DNA of 64,000 nt from NCBI GenBank assembly GCA_963719515.1, contig CAVRCJ010000014.1, positions 1 through 64,000 on the forward strand, in the 5' to 3' direction. The position numbers and the translations under genes are program-made. This DNA comes from an uncultured cyanobacterium (GTDB taxonomy: Bacteria; Cyanobacteriota; Cyanobacteriia; CAKZMO01). The notes below the pieces were generated by a model. The model searched no databases. It saw only the letters and a program-made list of their open reading frames with translations, and was not told the origin of the DNA. This document shows positions 38,404 through 48,563 of this stretch, piece by piece. Within the stretch, counting starts at the first letter, position 1; each line of letters opens with the position of its first letter.

Positions 38404-40963
38404 ATGCGAGCAGTACTTATGGCGGGTGGTTCAGGGACTAGGCTCCGTCCACTGACCTGCGATCTCCCCAAACCGATGGTGCCGATCTTAAACCGACCTA
38501 TTTCTGAGCACATCATCAATTTGCTGAAGCGGCACGGGATCACCGAAGTGATCGCAACGCTGTTCTATCTGCCCGACGTTATGCGGGACTACTTTCAAGA
38601 CGGCAGCGACTTTGGCGTTCAGCTCACCTATGCGGTGGAAGAAGACCAGCCCCTGGGAACGGCAGGCTGCGTCAAGAACGTCAGCGAGCTGCTTGACGAG
38701 ACCTTTTTGGTCATCAGCGGCGATAGCATTACGGACTTTGACCTAACAGAGGCCGTGGCCTTTCACAAAGCTCGAGGGTCGAAAGCAACGCTGGTGCTGG
38801 CCCGGGTTCCTAATCCGGTCGAGTTCGGCGTGGTGATTACCGATGAGAATCAGCGCATCCAAAGGTTTTTAGAGAAGCCCTCAACAAGCGAAATCTTCTC
38901 TGACACGGTCAACACGGGCACCTACATTCTGGAGCCGGAAGTTCTGGCCTATCTGCCAGAAGATCAAGAGTGTGACTTCTCCAAAGATTTGTTCCCCAAG
39001 CTGCTGGCGGAAGACGAGCCGATGTACGGCTACGTGGCTGACGGCTACTGGTGCGATGTCGGCCACCTAGAAGCATACCGAGAAGCCCAGTACGACGGCC
39101 TGCAGCGCAAGGTGAAGCTCGATTTGGAGTACTACGAGGAAAAGTCGCCCGGAATTTGGATCGGCAAAAACTCTGCCATTGATCCCGAGGCCCAGATCGA
39201 TTCACCCGTGATGATCGGCGATAACGTTCGCATTGGACCTCGGGCAAAGATTGAAGCCGGTAGCGTGATTGGAGATAACGTCACGATCGGGGCCGACGCC
39301 GACCTGAAGCGGCCCATTGTCTGGAATGGCTCCATCATCGGCGATGAGGCGCAGCTGCGAGCCTGCGTCACCGGACGGGGAACCCGCATCGATAGGCGGG
39401 CTCAAATTTTAGAAGGCGCAATTGTGGGGTCGCTCTCCACCGTGGGCGAGGAAGCCCACATCACACCCGAGGTCAGAATTTGGCCGAGCAAGAAAATCGA
39501 GCCGGGTGCAACGCTGAACATGAACTTAATCTGGGGACAAGTGGCTCGACGAAATCTATTTGGTCAACGTGGGGTATCTGGCTTAGCTAACGTAGACATT
39601 ACCCCAGAATTTGCCGTCCGCCTCGGGACGGCCTACGGCTCAACTCTCAAAGCGGGCGCAGACGTGACGGTCTCCCGAGACCAGCGCAGCATCTCTCGCA
39701 TGGTGTCGCGATCGCTAATTTCGGGGCTGATGTCGGTGGGAGTTAACGTCCGCAACCTAGAAGCGACAGCGATCCCCATTGCCCGGGTGGTTGCTTCCTC
39801 TATGGACGTCGACGGCGGTATTCACGTGCGCATCCACCCCGATCGCCACGACCACATCTTGATCGAGTTCTTTGACAGCAACGGCATCGATCTGTCCAAG
39901 AGCCGCGAGAAGAAGATTGAGGGCTCTTACTTCAAAGAAGATTTCCGCCGGGTGCCCATCCAAGAAATTGGCAACATGGTTTACCCCAGTGAGGTCATCG
40001 ACGCCTACAGCACCGCTTTTGAAAAGCACCTCGACGTTGAGGCCGTCCGCAACAGCAAGACGAAAGTCATCATCGACTACGCCTACGCCGTCTCTAATGC
40101 GGTACTGCCTCGGCTCTTAAACAAGTTTGGCTGCGACGCTGTGGTCCTCAACGCCAGCTTAAGCCAAATTATGCCCTCCATGGAGGAGCGGGAGCAACTG
40201 CTCAATCAGCTGGGTCAGGTGATCGAAGCGCTGAAGGCCAATTTGGGGGTACAGGTTGCCGCGAACGGGGAACAGCTCGTCCTGGTGGACGAGACCGGTA
40301 GCCCCGATTCGCGGCGAGATGCTGACGGCGCTGATTACCCATATGTTCTTGACGGTCCAGCCCCGAGGCACGGTGGTGGTGCCCGTCAATACATCGAGCG
40401 CCGTAGAGCAAATTGCCCGCCGCCACGACGCCACGGTGATTCGCACCAAGGTCAACCCGACAGCTTTAATGCAGGCCTGCCACGAAAACTCCAACGTGGT
40501 GCTGGGGGGCAGCGCCGACATCGGCTTCATCTTCCCCGAGCTGCACCCCGGCTTCGACGCCATGTACTGCATCGCTAAGCTAATTGAGCTGCTGACGCTA
40601 CAGGATCGCTCCCTCGGCCAGATTCGCTCTGAGCTACCCCGCGTGGCCTACCGTAGCGCTAGCGTTCGCTGCCCTTGGATGGTGAAAGGGGCGTTGATGC
40701 GCCATCTGGTGGAGAACAATCCCAGCGAGATGATTGATTTGACCGATGGCGTGAAGATCTTTAAGTCTGAAGAAGACCGAGAGAGCTGGATTTTGGTGCT
40801 GCCGGATGCTGGGGAGCCGCTGGTTCACCTCTACGCCAACAGCGTTGAGCGCAAGTGGGTTGATGATACGCTGCGCAACTACCGCACCCGCGTGCAGGAG
40901 TTCGTTGAGGCTGAAGAGGGCATGGTCGACAGCGCTTCTGTGGCGGAGCCGGTGTATTCGTAG
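38404..40963 (+). CDS. Mannose-1-phosphate guanylyltransferase fused to a phosphomannomutase-like domain; single frameshift at about 40302-40305
   Basis: [29 protein letters not shown], hexapeptide repeats, LFGQRGVSG. Removing one C from AGCCCCG restores [15 protein letters not shown] continuing to 40963. Confidence 0.85.
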
Positions 40964-40996
40964 GACTGCCTACCTCTCTCACAGGTTGATTTTTCA

Positions 40997-41030
40997 GGGG
41001 CACAGTAAAGGCTGTGTCCCTTTGTCTTTT
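40997..41030 (+). terminator. Probable intrinsic terminator
   Basis: GGGCACAG-TAAAGG-CTGTGTCC followed by TTTGTCTTTTT. Confidence 0.55.
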
Positions 41031-41042
41031 TAGTACCGGGAG

Positions 41043-41513
41043 GTGAAGGTGAATAAGCCAGTCGATGAAGCCCTATCCAATCAGGTGGCGGGCGCAATCA
41101 GCAGCAAAGCGAGTCAGCCGTTTCAAAACGCCTATCAGGCTCTCCAGCAGGTTGAGCAAGGGCGCTACGTCCAGGGATTTCTGGTCATCATCGAGAACCC
41201 CTTTAGCCTCCAAGAGCACGCCTGGGTCGAGACAGATGACGCCATTATTGAGCCGTCGCTGCCTCATATTGGCTATTCTGCTGATGCGCTCAGATATTTT
41301 CCGGCCCAAATCTTAAGCGAGGCTGACCTGGCGTCAGCAATAGAAATTGCCAAAGAAGACTATCCGGAAGACAACCCGCTGCCCGTCTATGGCGATGCTC
41401 CCTACGCGTATTACGGTGACGTGATGCTAGGGGGAGAGCCTTACCAAGAGGCTTACCAGCAGGCGCAGGCGCTGAGTCAGCAGCTGACTCAGCAAGCAGC
41501 GGAGCAAAATTAA
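41043..41513 (+). CDS. Hypothetical protein
   Basis: YVQGFLV, EHAWVE, EDYPEDNPLPVYG, YYGDVMLGG; SD GGGAGG upstream. Confidence 0.75.
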   Translation: MKVNKPVDEALSNQVAGAISSKASQPFQNAYQALQQVEQGRYVQGFLVIIENPFSLQEHAWVETDDAIIEPSLPHIGYSADALRYFPAQILSEADLASAIEIAKEDYPEDNPLPVYGDAPYAYYGDVMLGGEPYQEAYQQAQALSQQLTQQAAEQN

Positions 41514-41569
41514 GCCAGTGAGAAGCGTGCTCAGGTCAGCTGTGGTTGCCCCGTTGTGCTCCCTTTCCG

Positions 41570-42193
41570 CTAAGCGTCTGAGCTCGGCTGAGCGGCTTCA
41601 GCGCGGGCCTTAAAGAATTCTTTTGCCCGCTTGGGGTCAGGGGTCAGGGTTTTCTCGCCGGGCTGCCAGTCTGCAGGACAGACCTCGTCGGGATGAGATT
41701 GGACATATTGAACGGCCTGCAGCAGCCGTAGGGTTTCGTCCACGTTACGACCAAAGGAAAGGTTATTGACCGTGATATGCTGCAGCGCGCCTTCGTTATC
41801 GATGATGAACAGCCCTCGCAGCGCAATGCCCGCCTCCGGCTCTAGAACGTTGTAAGCAGCGCTGATGTCTTTGCGGATATCCGACACCAGTGGGTAACTA
41901 ATATCTCCCACTCCGCCGAGCTTGCGCTCGGTTTGAATCCAGGCCAGGTGAGAAAACTCGCTATCTACCGATACGGCCAGAATCTCCGTGTTCAGCTGCT
42001 TGAATTCTTCAAAGCGATCGCTAAAGGCAATCACCTCCGTCGGGCAAACGAACGTGAAGTTGAGGGGATAGAAGAACAGCACCACGTACTTGCCCCGGTA
42101 GTCCGACAGCTTAATGGTTTTGAACTCTTGGTCGTAAACCGCTGTAGCCGTAAAGTCAGGGGCCAGCTGACCGACTCGCAGACACTCTTCCAT
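41570..42193 (-). CDS. 2-Cys peroxiredoxin (AhpC/TSA)
   Basis: [34 protein letters not shown]. Confidence 0.95.
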   Translation of the reverse strand: MEECLRVGQLAPDFTATAVYDQEFKTIKLSDYRGKYVVLFFYPLNFTFVCPTEVIAFSDRFEEFKQLNTEILAVSVDSEFSHLAWIQTERKLGGVGDISYPLVSDIRKDISAAYNVLEPEAGIALRGLFIIDNEGALQHITVNNLSFGRNVDETLRLLQAVQYVQSHPDEVCPADWQPGEKTLTPDPKRAKEFFKARAEAAQPSSDA

Positions 42194-42293
42194 GGTGATA
42201 TCTCCTGGTTCTGGTTGTAAATCTTAACACAGTTGGTTTAGAGGCTGTAAAGTGTGGCGCTGGCTACAGCGGTTTTAGAAAAACGCTACAGCG

Positions 42294-43592
42294 CTACTGC
42301 TGAGGTGATCCCACCCGCTCAAAGGTCCCAGGAATCTGCAGCGCCAGCGTCACGGCGCGGCCTCCCATAAACAGCGTCAGCGCCAGCCAAAGAATGTGGA
42401 CGCTGCCCAGCTGCTGAGCTACGATCGCCGCCGGTAAAAACCCCACCGCCACCGCCGCGATGCTGGAATTGCGCAGCACTCGCCCCGCCGTCAGCCCCAG
42501 GAAATAGCCGTCTAGCGTGAAGGCGATCGCGCCAAACCCCAACACCGGCAGCAGCCACAGGGTTGTGGTTTGCAGCTGGGCGAGAACAGCCCTATGGTCG
42601 GTAAGTAGGCCAAACAGGGGCTCAGGAAATAGGTTAAACAGCGCGGCAAACAGCAGACCCATCGCCAGACTCACGCTGCCCGCACCGTAGACCAGAGCCA
42701 CCAGCCGGGAGCGCACCTCTGCTGGCTTGCCGGCTGCAGACTCAATTTGAGCTTGGCCTATGAGGCTGCCCACTAGACTCTCGGTGGCAAAGGCAAACCC
42801 ATCAATAAAATAGGCTGATAGGGTCACGACCTGCAGCAGTAGGGTGTTGGCTGCCAAAACGTTTCGCCCCAAGCCGCCACTGAGGTTGGTAAACAGCCCA
42901 AACGCCGTCAGTAGCGCAAAGGTGCGCAGCAAGATATCGCTGTTGAGCTGAAATACCCGCCGTAGCGCCGCCCCCTTGAACAGCGATCGCCAGGAAACCT
43001 GTACATGCTGGCGGTAGGGCATCAGCAGCCCCAGCCCAACCGCCAGCATGGCGTACTGACTCGCGGCGGTGGCTAGCCCCGCGCCGCCGCTGCCCCAGTC
43101 CAGACGGTAGACCGCTACATAGTCCAGCACCACATTCGTCGCGTTGCCCACCAGCGACAGTAGCAGCACCTGCCGCCCGCCTTCCCGGCCCAAAAACCAG
43201 CCAATCAGCACAAAGTTGATTAGGGTTGCTGGGGCACCCCAAATCCTAGCGTTGTAAAACTCGACGCCGGCCTGCCGAATGTCAGGGGCGACCTGCATGA
43301 TCCAAAAGCCTAGTTCCCGTAGGGGCACCTGCAGCACCAAGAGCGCTAGGCCCACGCCCAGAGCGATCGCCCCGTGGCGGAGCCCCACGGTAAAGACTTC
43401 TTGAGTGTCCCCTCGGCCGCTGGCCTGAGCTACGAGGCCGGTGGTGGCCATGCGCAAAAAGCCAAAGGACCAGTAGAGGTAGTTGAAAATGACGGTAGCG
43501 ATCGCGACGCCTGCCAGGTAGCGGATGTCGTCTAGGTGGCCCAGAAATGCTGTATCCACCAGACCGGCAATGGGCACCATGAGGTTGCTCAA
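42294..43592 (-). CDS. MATE (DinF-like) efflux transporter; true start probably about 50 nt further upstream
   Basis: GLVDTAFLGHL, FGFLRMATTG, GAGLATAASQY, FIDGFAFATESL. Confidence 0.9.
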   Translation of the reverse strand: MSNLMVPIAGLVDTAFLGHLDDIRYLAGVAIATVIFNYLYWSFGFLRMATTGLVAQASGRGDTQEVFTVGLRHGAIALGVGLALLVLQVPLRELGFWIMQVAPDIRQAGVEFYNARIWGAPATLINFVLIGWFLGREGGRQVLLLSLVGNATNVVLDYVAVYRLDWGSGGAGLATAASQYAMLAVGLGLLMPYRQHVQVSWRSLFKGAALRRVFQLNSDILLRTFALLTAFGLFTNLSGGLGRNVLAANTLLLQVVTLSAYFIDGFAFATESLVGSLIGQAQIESAAGKPAEVRSRLVALVYGAGSVSLAMGLLFAALFNLFPEPLFGLLTDHRAVLAQLQTTTLWLLPVLGFGAIAFTLDGYFLGLTAGRVLRNSSIAAVAVGFLPAAIVAQQLGSVHILWLALTLFMGGRAVTLALQIPGTFERVGSPQQ

Positions 43593-43897
43593 GATGTTGA
43601 ATAGAGACAGCTTGAAGAATCGCTGATAGAGGTGGGTTACGATGGCTCCCCCTGATGACGGCGTGAGCTGAGAGTGCTCCTTTGATGATAGCTAGGGGAG
43701 TCGCCTACTTCGTGACGACTCTGCTTCTCGGTGACTCTACTTCTCAACCTAGACAAGGTTATGGTTAAATCTTGGCGTGAGGTGACGCGGGGTGGGTCGA
43801 TCGCGACGGTAAAGCCGGCGAAAAATTTGTAATATTTTTGTACTCTTCTAGCGTCACCGCCTAAACTAGTCGGGTAGGTCCCCATTCGCATCCCGCC

Positions 43898-45655
43898 ATG
43901 GCTAAGTCCCAGACTCCCGCTGACATCACCGCTCCTCAAGCCACTGACGCCTCCAAGTCCGAGGCTGTAATTCAGGGGGCGATCGGCACCGTCAAAGGAC
44001 CGGGAGAAACGGGCAACCAGTACGTCTTCATCACTGCCGACAACCGCCAGGTGAAAATTGGTGAGTTTGTCTACTACGAAGTTGCCGCCCAGCGGGTGAC
44101 GCTATCGGCAGCCCCCGAAGACGCCCCGCTCCAGATCTTGGGCAAGATCTCTGACCGCCGCCTCATCGACCATCTCCCAGACCGCCTCTTCGCCGATCCG
44201 GCGATCAGCCCTAAGGCCGTAGCGGCGCTAGTCGGATTTGCCCACGCGGATGCCGCAATTTACGAAGTTACCGTCGATGTCATCGGCTACTTCGACCCGC
44301 GGTTGGGCTTTATGAACCCGCGACAGGCCCCGGACCCGGGTGCCAAAGTATTTTTGTCGGACGATGAAACCCTGATTGGCGTAATCAACAAGAAGCAGCA
44401 GGGGGCCGTAGGCACCGCCCATGTGGGCCACCTGCTGCTTCGGGAGGCGGGGGCCGTGCCGGTGACGCTAGACGTCAAAGACCTGGTGAGTACCCACATG
44501 GCGATTTTAGCGGGCACCGGATCGGGAAAGTCCTACACGGCGGGAGTCTTGATTGAGGAGATGATGCGGCCTTACAACCGGGCGGCGGTGCTGGTATTTG
44601 ACCCTCATGGAGAATATGACACCTTGGGGGAAATGCAGGGCCATCCGCAATTTGGCGATGAGGATGGCTACAGCCCTCGGGTGAAAATTCTTAAGCCTGA
44701 GGATGTGCAGATCCGCATCTCGTCTTTGGACTACTATGACATTCTCACCCTGCTCCCTAACATGAGCGATCGTCAGCAGGCCATTCTCAACAAGGCCTAC
44801 GGCATTTTACGGCGTCATCGGGGCGGCGAATATCGCTGGGGGGTAAACGATCTGATTGCGGCGGTGTTTGAGGCCGACAGCTCTCAGGACGATGAGGGCA
44901 ACGAGAAAATTGGCTCCTCCGCCCCCGCCATCGAGTGGAAGCTAGACCGGCTGGCGAGCTCGCCCTACTTCCATCCCTTTCAGCATCTTTCCCCGCAGGA
45001 TCTGTTTCAGCCCGGTCAGGTGACGGTGCTGCAGATGAGCGAAATCAGCCAGGAAGAGCAGCAGGTCATCTGCGCAGCAATTTTGCGGCAGACCAACCAG
45101 GCCCGTATGGATACCCAGAAAGAGCGCGTTACTCCTCAAGACGAGACCTATCTCCCCTACCCGGTATTTGTGCTTCTAGAGGAGGCCCACCGCTTTGCCC
45201 CAGCCCATGAACCGGCTCGCTGCAAAATGATTCTGCGGACAATTTTGAGCGAGGGCCGTAAGTTTGGGGTGGGGGTGGGGCTAATTACCCAGCGTCCCGG
45301 CAAGCTAGATGCTGACGTGCTCTCCCAGTGCATGAGCCAGTTTTTAATGCGCATTGTCAATCCTGCGGACCAAGAAAGCCTCAAATATGGCGTAGAAGCG
45401 GCGGGGCGAGACCTGCTTAAGGAGCTGCCCGCCTTGACCAAAGGGCAGGTGATTTTGGCGGGGGCCTGCATCAACACGCCGGTGCTTTGCCAAATCCGCC
45501 AGCGTCTTACCACCCACGGCGGCGAAACCTTGAACGCACCGGAGCTGTGGCAGCAGCACTTCGCGGGCCATCAACAAAAGGCCCGTGCTGTCGCGGAGGC
45601 TCCTCTGGCGGGGCTGTCTGTGGCCGATATGTTTGACGGGGTTAGCATCGACTAG
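43898..45655 (+). CDS. HerA/DUF87 family FtsK-HerA ATPase
   Basis: N-terminal HAS-barrel-like region, HMAILAGTGSGKS, VFDPHGEY, LLEEAHRF, EGRKFGVG, ITQRP, LPALTKGQ. Confidence 0.9.
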   Translation: MAKSQTPADITAPQATDASKSEAVIQGAIGTVKGPGETGNQYVFITADNRQVKIGEFVYYEVAAQRVTLSAAPEDAPLQILGKISDRRLIDHLPDRLFADPAISPKAVAALVGFAHADAAIYEVTVDVIGYFDPRLGFMNPRQAPDPGAKVFLSDDETLIGVINKKQQGAVGTAHVGHLLLREAGAVPVTLDVKDLVSTHMAILAGTGSGKSYTAGVLIEEMMRPYNRAAVLVFDPHGEYDTLGEMQGHPQFGDEDGYSPRVKILKPEDVQIRISSLDYYDILTLLPNMSDRQQAILNKAYGILRRHRGGEYRWGVNDLIAAVFEADSSQDDEGNEKIGSSAPAIEWKLDRLASSPYFHPFQHLSPQDLFQPGQVTVLQMSEISQEEQQVICAAILRQTNQARMDTQKERVTPQDETYLPYPVFVLLEEAHRFAPAHEPARCKMILRTILSEGRKFGVGVGLITQRPGKLDADVLSQCMSQFLMRIVNPADQESLKYGVEAAGRDLLKELPALTKGQVILAGACINTPVLCQIRQRLTTHGGETLNAPELWQQHFAGHQQKARAVAEAPLAGLSVADMFDGVSID

Positions 45656-45715
45656 CCCCATCAGACTGGTCCGGGCACAGCCTGTCATACGCTTTCAGCC
45701 GCGCCGGGGGATGCC

Positions 45716-46681
45716 TTAGGATCGCTGCTGAGCCTGCGATCGCGCTGCAGCTTCGTACGTCTGATACAGCTGATGCCGGTCTTCGGCAATGGCGCTGCGG
45801 CTGTCTGTAGGGAGTACCTGGCCCATAAGCTGAGAGGCCTGCTGCCAAGAGTCCGCAATCTTCAGCCACTCCGCGGTGGTGGAGGCCGTTTGACCCGCGA
45901 TCGCCGCCTTTTCCGCTAAGCGAACGGCCTCGGCAAAGGGATCGGCAGCCGCTGCCGGTGGCTTCGCTTCCGATTCCGGCAGCGGCCCGGGCTGAGCGCC
46001 AGTTTGGGCCGCTGCGCCGCTAGTCTGCTCAGCTTCAGAGCCGGAGCTGAGTACCCCCGGGGCGGAGGCCTGCTCTCGGGCTCCGAGCTTGTCATCGGGC
46101 GATCGCGACCCGCGCAATAGCCCTACAGAGTCGCTGAGCGTTGTCTTTTGTAGCCAGCCGTAAATTAACCCGCTTACCAGCAGTAGCCCTAGAGCCAGCA
46201 GCACCCCACCCCCGAGCCCGCGAAGAAACTGCCGCTTTTCCCGCTGCTCACGGGCAGTCGCGGTAGTAGCAATTGTGGATTCCTTGGGCTGGTCTTGCCA
46301 GGTTTTGACAAGTTGGGCGATGGGATTCTGCCGCGATAAAATGATGTCCTCTGACCACAGCAGCTGACTGTTGGGGTCGCGGTTGATTTCATCTAGCCAG
46401 AGCAGCTGCTGCTCTTTGACGATGCGGCTGTTGATGCGAACGCGGCGAATGTGCTTGGGATGCAGCGACTCTAAAATTTTCTGGATACGCTGAACCAGGT
46501 TTTGACGGTCTAATCGAGCGGCGTCGGCGGCTTCACACAGCAGCTGCAGCACGCCCCGAACCAGCACCGCCCGGACGCGAACGCCAGAGGTGGAGAGCTG
46601 TTCGTTGAGCACTTGGATGATAGCCGCAACGCTACCTTGCTCAGCCTGGACCACGATATCGTTCGAATTGACCATAGACAC
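45716..46681 (-). CDS. Conserved cyanobacterial hypothetical membrane-anchored protein
   Basis: QGSVAAIIQVLNE, LQLLCEA, NSRIVKEQQLLWLDEI, one TM, DPFAEAVRLA. Confidence 0.75.
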   Translation of the reverse strand: MSMVNSNDIVVQAEQGSVAAIIQVLNEQLSTSGVRVRAVLVRGVLQLLCEAADAARLDRQNLVQRIQKILESLHPKHIRRVRINSRIVKEQQLLWLDEINRDPNSQLLWSEDIILSRQNPIAQLVKTWQDQPKESTIATTATAREQREKRQFLRGLGGGVLLALGLLLVSGLIYGWLQKTTLSDSVGLLRGSRSPDDKLGAREQASAPGVLSSGSEAEQTSGAAAQTGAQPGPLPESEAKPPAAAADPFAEAVRLAEKAAIAGQTASTTAEWLKIADSWQQASQLMGQVLPTDSRSAIAEDRHQLYQTYEAAARSQAQQRS

Positions 46682-46853
46682 TTAGCGGCAAAATGGGGGC
46701 TTTGTCCGCGCTAACGGCAACTAGGAAGGCGATCGCATCAAGAGACGTGAGATTGTAACGTTATAACTTTAAAGTGTTGCTTGTTACTAGCCGCTGCCGA
46801 TGCCCTCAATAAAGCGTTAACCCCAAACTGCTGAATTTCGAAGGAAATGCAAG

Positions 46854-46893
46854 GAAGGGGATAGCGACTATTTCGGTCATCGCTATCCCCTTC
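46854..46893 (-). terminator. 14-bp stem-loop downstream of gnd
   Basis: GAAGGGGATAGCGA (46854-46867) / TCGCTATCCCCTTC (46880-46893). Confidence 0.65.
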
Positions 46894-46975
46894 AGGATAA
46901 ATGTCGGACTAAACCTAAATTCTCTTGAGAAGTAGAGTTCTCTCTAAGTGGAACTCTACTTCTCAGCCTATAGGC

Positions 46976-48382
46976 CTAGAACCACTGGGTGTGGAAAGAT
47001 CCCTCTTTGTCCACCCGCATGTAGGTGTGGGCTCCAAAGTAGTCCCGCTGGGCCTGGGTGAGGTTTTGCGGCAGCACCTCACGCCGGTAGCTGTCGAAGT
47101 AGTCCAGAGAGGCGCTGAAGGCAGGCACCGGAATTCCTAGCGTATTGGCCGTAGCCAGCACTTCGCGCCAGGCCTCTTGGCGATCGAGAATCGTCTGGAT
47201 AAACTCGGGGGCCATCAGCAGATTAGCCAGCTTGGGATCTTGATGGTAGGCCGCCTTGATTTTGTCGAGGAAGCGAGCGCGGATAATGCAGCCGCCCTTC
47301 CAGATGCGGGCCGTCTCGCCGAGGTCGAGGTTATAGCCATACTCATCTGAGGCTTTACCCAGCAGCGCCATGCCCTGGGCGTAGGAGCAGATCTTTGAGC
47401 AGTACAGCGCGTCTCTGATTTTGTCGACAAACGCCTTGGCGTCGCCGGTATACTTACCGGTGGGTCCGGTGAGCTGCTTAGAGGCGGCAATCCGCTCCAC
47501 CTTATAGGACGACATCACCCGAGCGTTGACGGCGGCAAAAATCGTGGGAATTGGAACCCCCAGCTCTAGCGCCGTAACCACCGTCCAGCGACCCGTTCCC
47601 TTTTGACCGGCGGAGTCTAGGATAACGTCAATTGTCGGCAGTCCGCTGTCGGGCTCAGTCTTAGCGAAAATATCCGCCGTGATTTCAATCAAGAACGAGT
47701 CTAGCTCTTCGGTTTTGTTCCACTGGGCAAACACCTCCTGCATCTGGTTGGCGTCTAGACCAACGGCGTTTTTCATCAAGTCGAAGGCTTCTGCAATCAG
47801 CTGCATATCGCCGTACTCGATGCCGTTGTGCACCATCTTCACGTAGTGCCCTGCCCCGCCTGGGCCGATGTAGGTGACGCAGGGGCCATCGTCCACCTGG
47901 GCCGCAATTTTGGTGACAATAGGCTCAATGGACTCATAGGCGGCCTTGGTGCCCCCAGGCATGAGGCTAGGGCCGTTGAGGGCACCTTCTTCACCACCGC
48001 TGACGCCCATGCCGATGAAGCTCAGTCCGGCAGCCTCTAAATCCTTCACCCGACGCTCGGTGTCCTCGTAGAGAGAGTTACCGCCGTCGATAATCATGTC
48101 GTCTTCCTGCAGCAGCGGCTTCAGCTGGTTGATGACGGCGTCTACGGGAACACCGGCTTTCACCATGACCAGAATTCTGCGGGGCCGTTCGAGAGACTCG
48201 ACAAACTCTTCTAACGAGTAGGTGGCTTTAATATTTTTCCCTTGAGCCCGCTCCGCCATAAAGCGCTCAGTTTTCTCAGCGGTGCGGTTGTAAACTGAGA
48301 CAGGAAATCCATTACGCTCGACGTTGAGCGCCAAGTTTTCTCCCATAACGGCTAGGCCGATTAAACCAAAGCTCTGTGCCAT
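46976..48382 (-). CDS. gnd: 6-phosphogluconate dehydrogenase (NADP+, decarboxylating)
   Basis: GLIGLAVMG, GMGVSGGEEGA, VKMVHNGIEYGDMQ, QKGTGRWT, QAQRDYFGAH. Confidence 0.97.
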   Translation of the reverse strand: MAQSFGLIGLAVMGENLALNVERNGFPVSVYNRTAEKTERFMAERAQGKNIKATYSLEEFVESLERPRRILVMVKAGVPVDAVINQLKPLLQEDDMIIDGGNSLYEDTERRVKDLEAAGLSFIGMGVSGGEEGALNGPSLMPGGTKAAYESIEPIVTKIAAQVDDGPCVTYIGPGGAGHYVKMVHNGIEYGDMQLIAEAFDLMKNAVGLDANQMQEVFAQWNKTEELDSFLIEITADIFAKTEPDSGLPTIDVILDSAGQKGTGRWTVVTALELGVPIPTIFAAVNARVMSSYKVERIAASKQLTGPTGKYTGDAKAFVDKIRDALYCSKICSYAQGMALLGKASDEYGYNLDLGETARIWKGGCIIRARFLDKIKAAYHQDPKLANLLMAPEFIQTILDRQEAWREVLATANTLGIPVPAFSASLDYFDSYRREVLPQNLTQAQRDYFGAHTYMRVDKEGSFHTQWF

Positions 48383-48563
48383 GTACTCTATACCTCTTAC
48401 CAAATAAGGAGATGTCTGTTCCAGGGTAGTCAAGATTGTTCGAAAGTTCCGCCCCTCCAAAGACTTTCTTTAGGCTTGGGTAAGGGTTTTATAACTCAGC
48501 GTACTAGATAGTTATAGCAGCGGCGCATGAAGGTGGGATTAATGCGCCGCTGGTTACGGGCCT

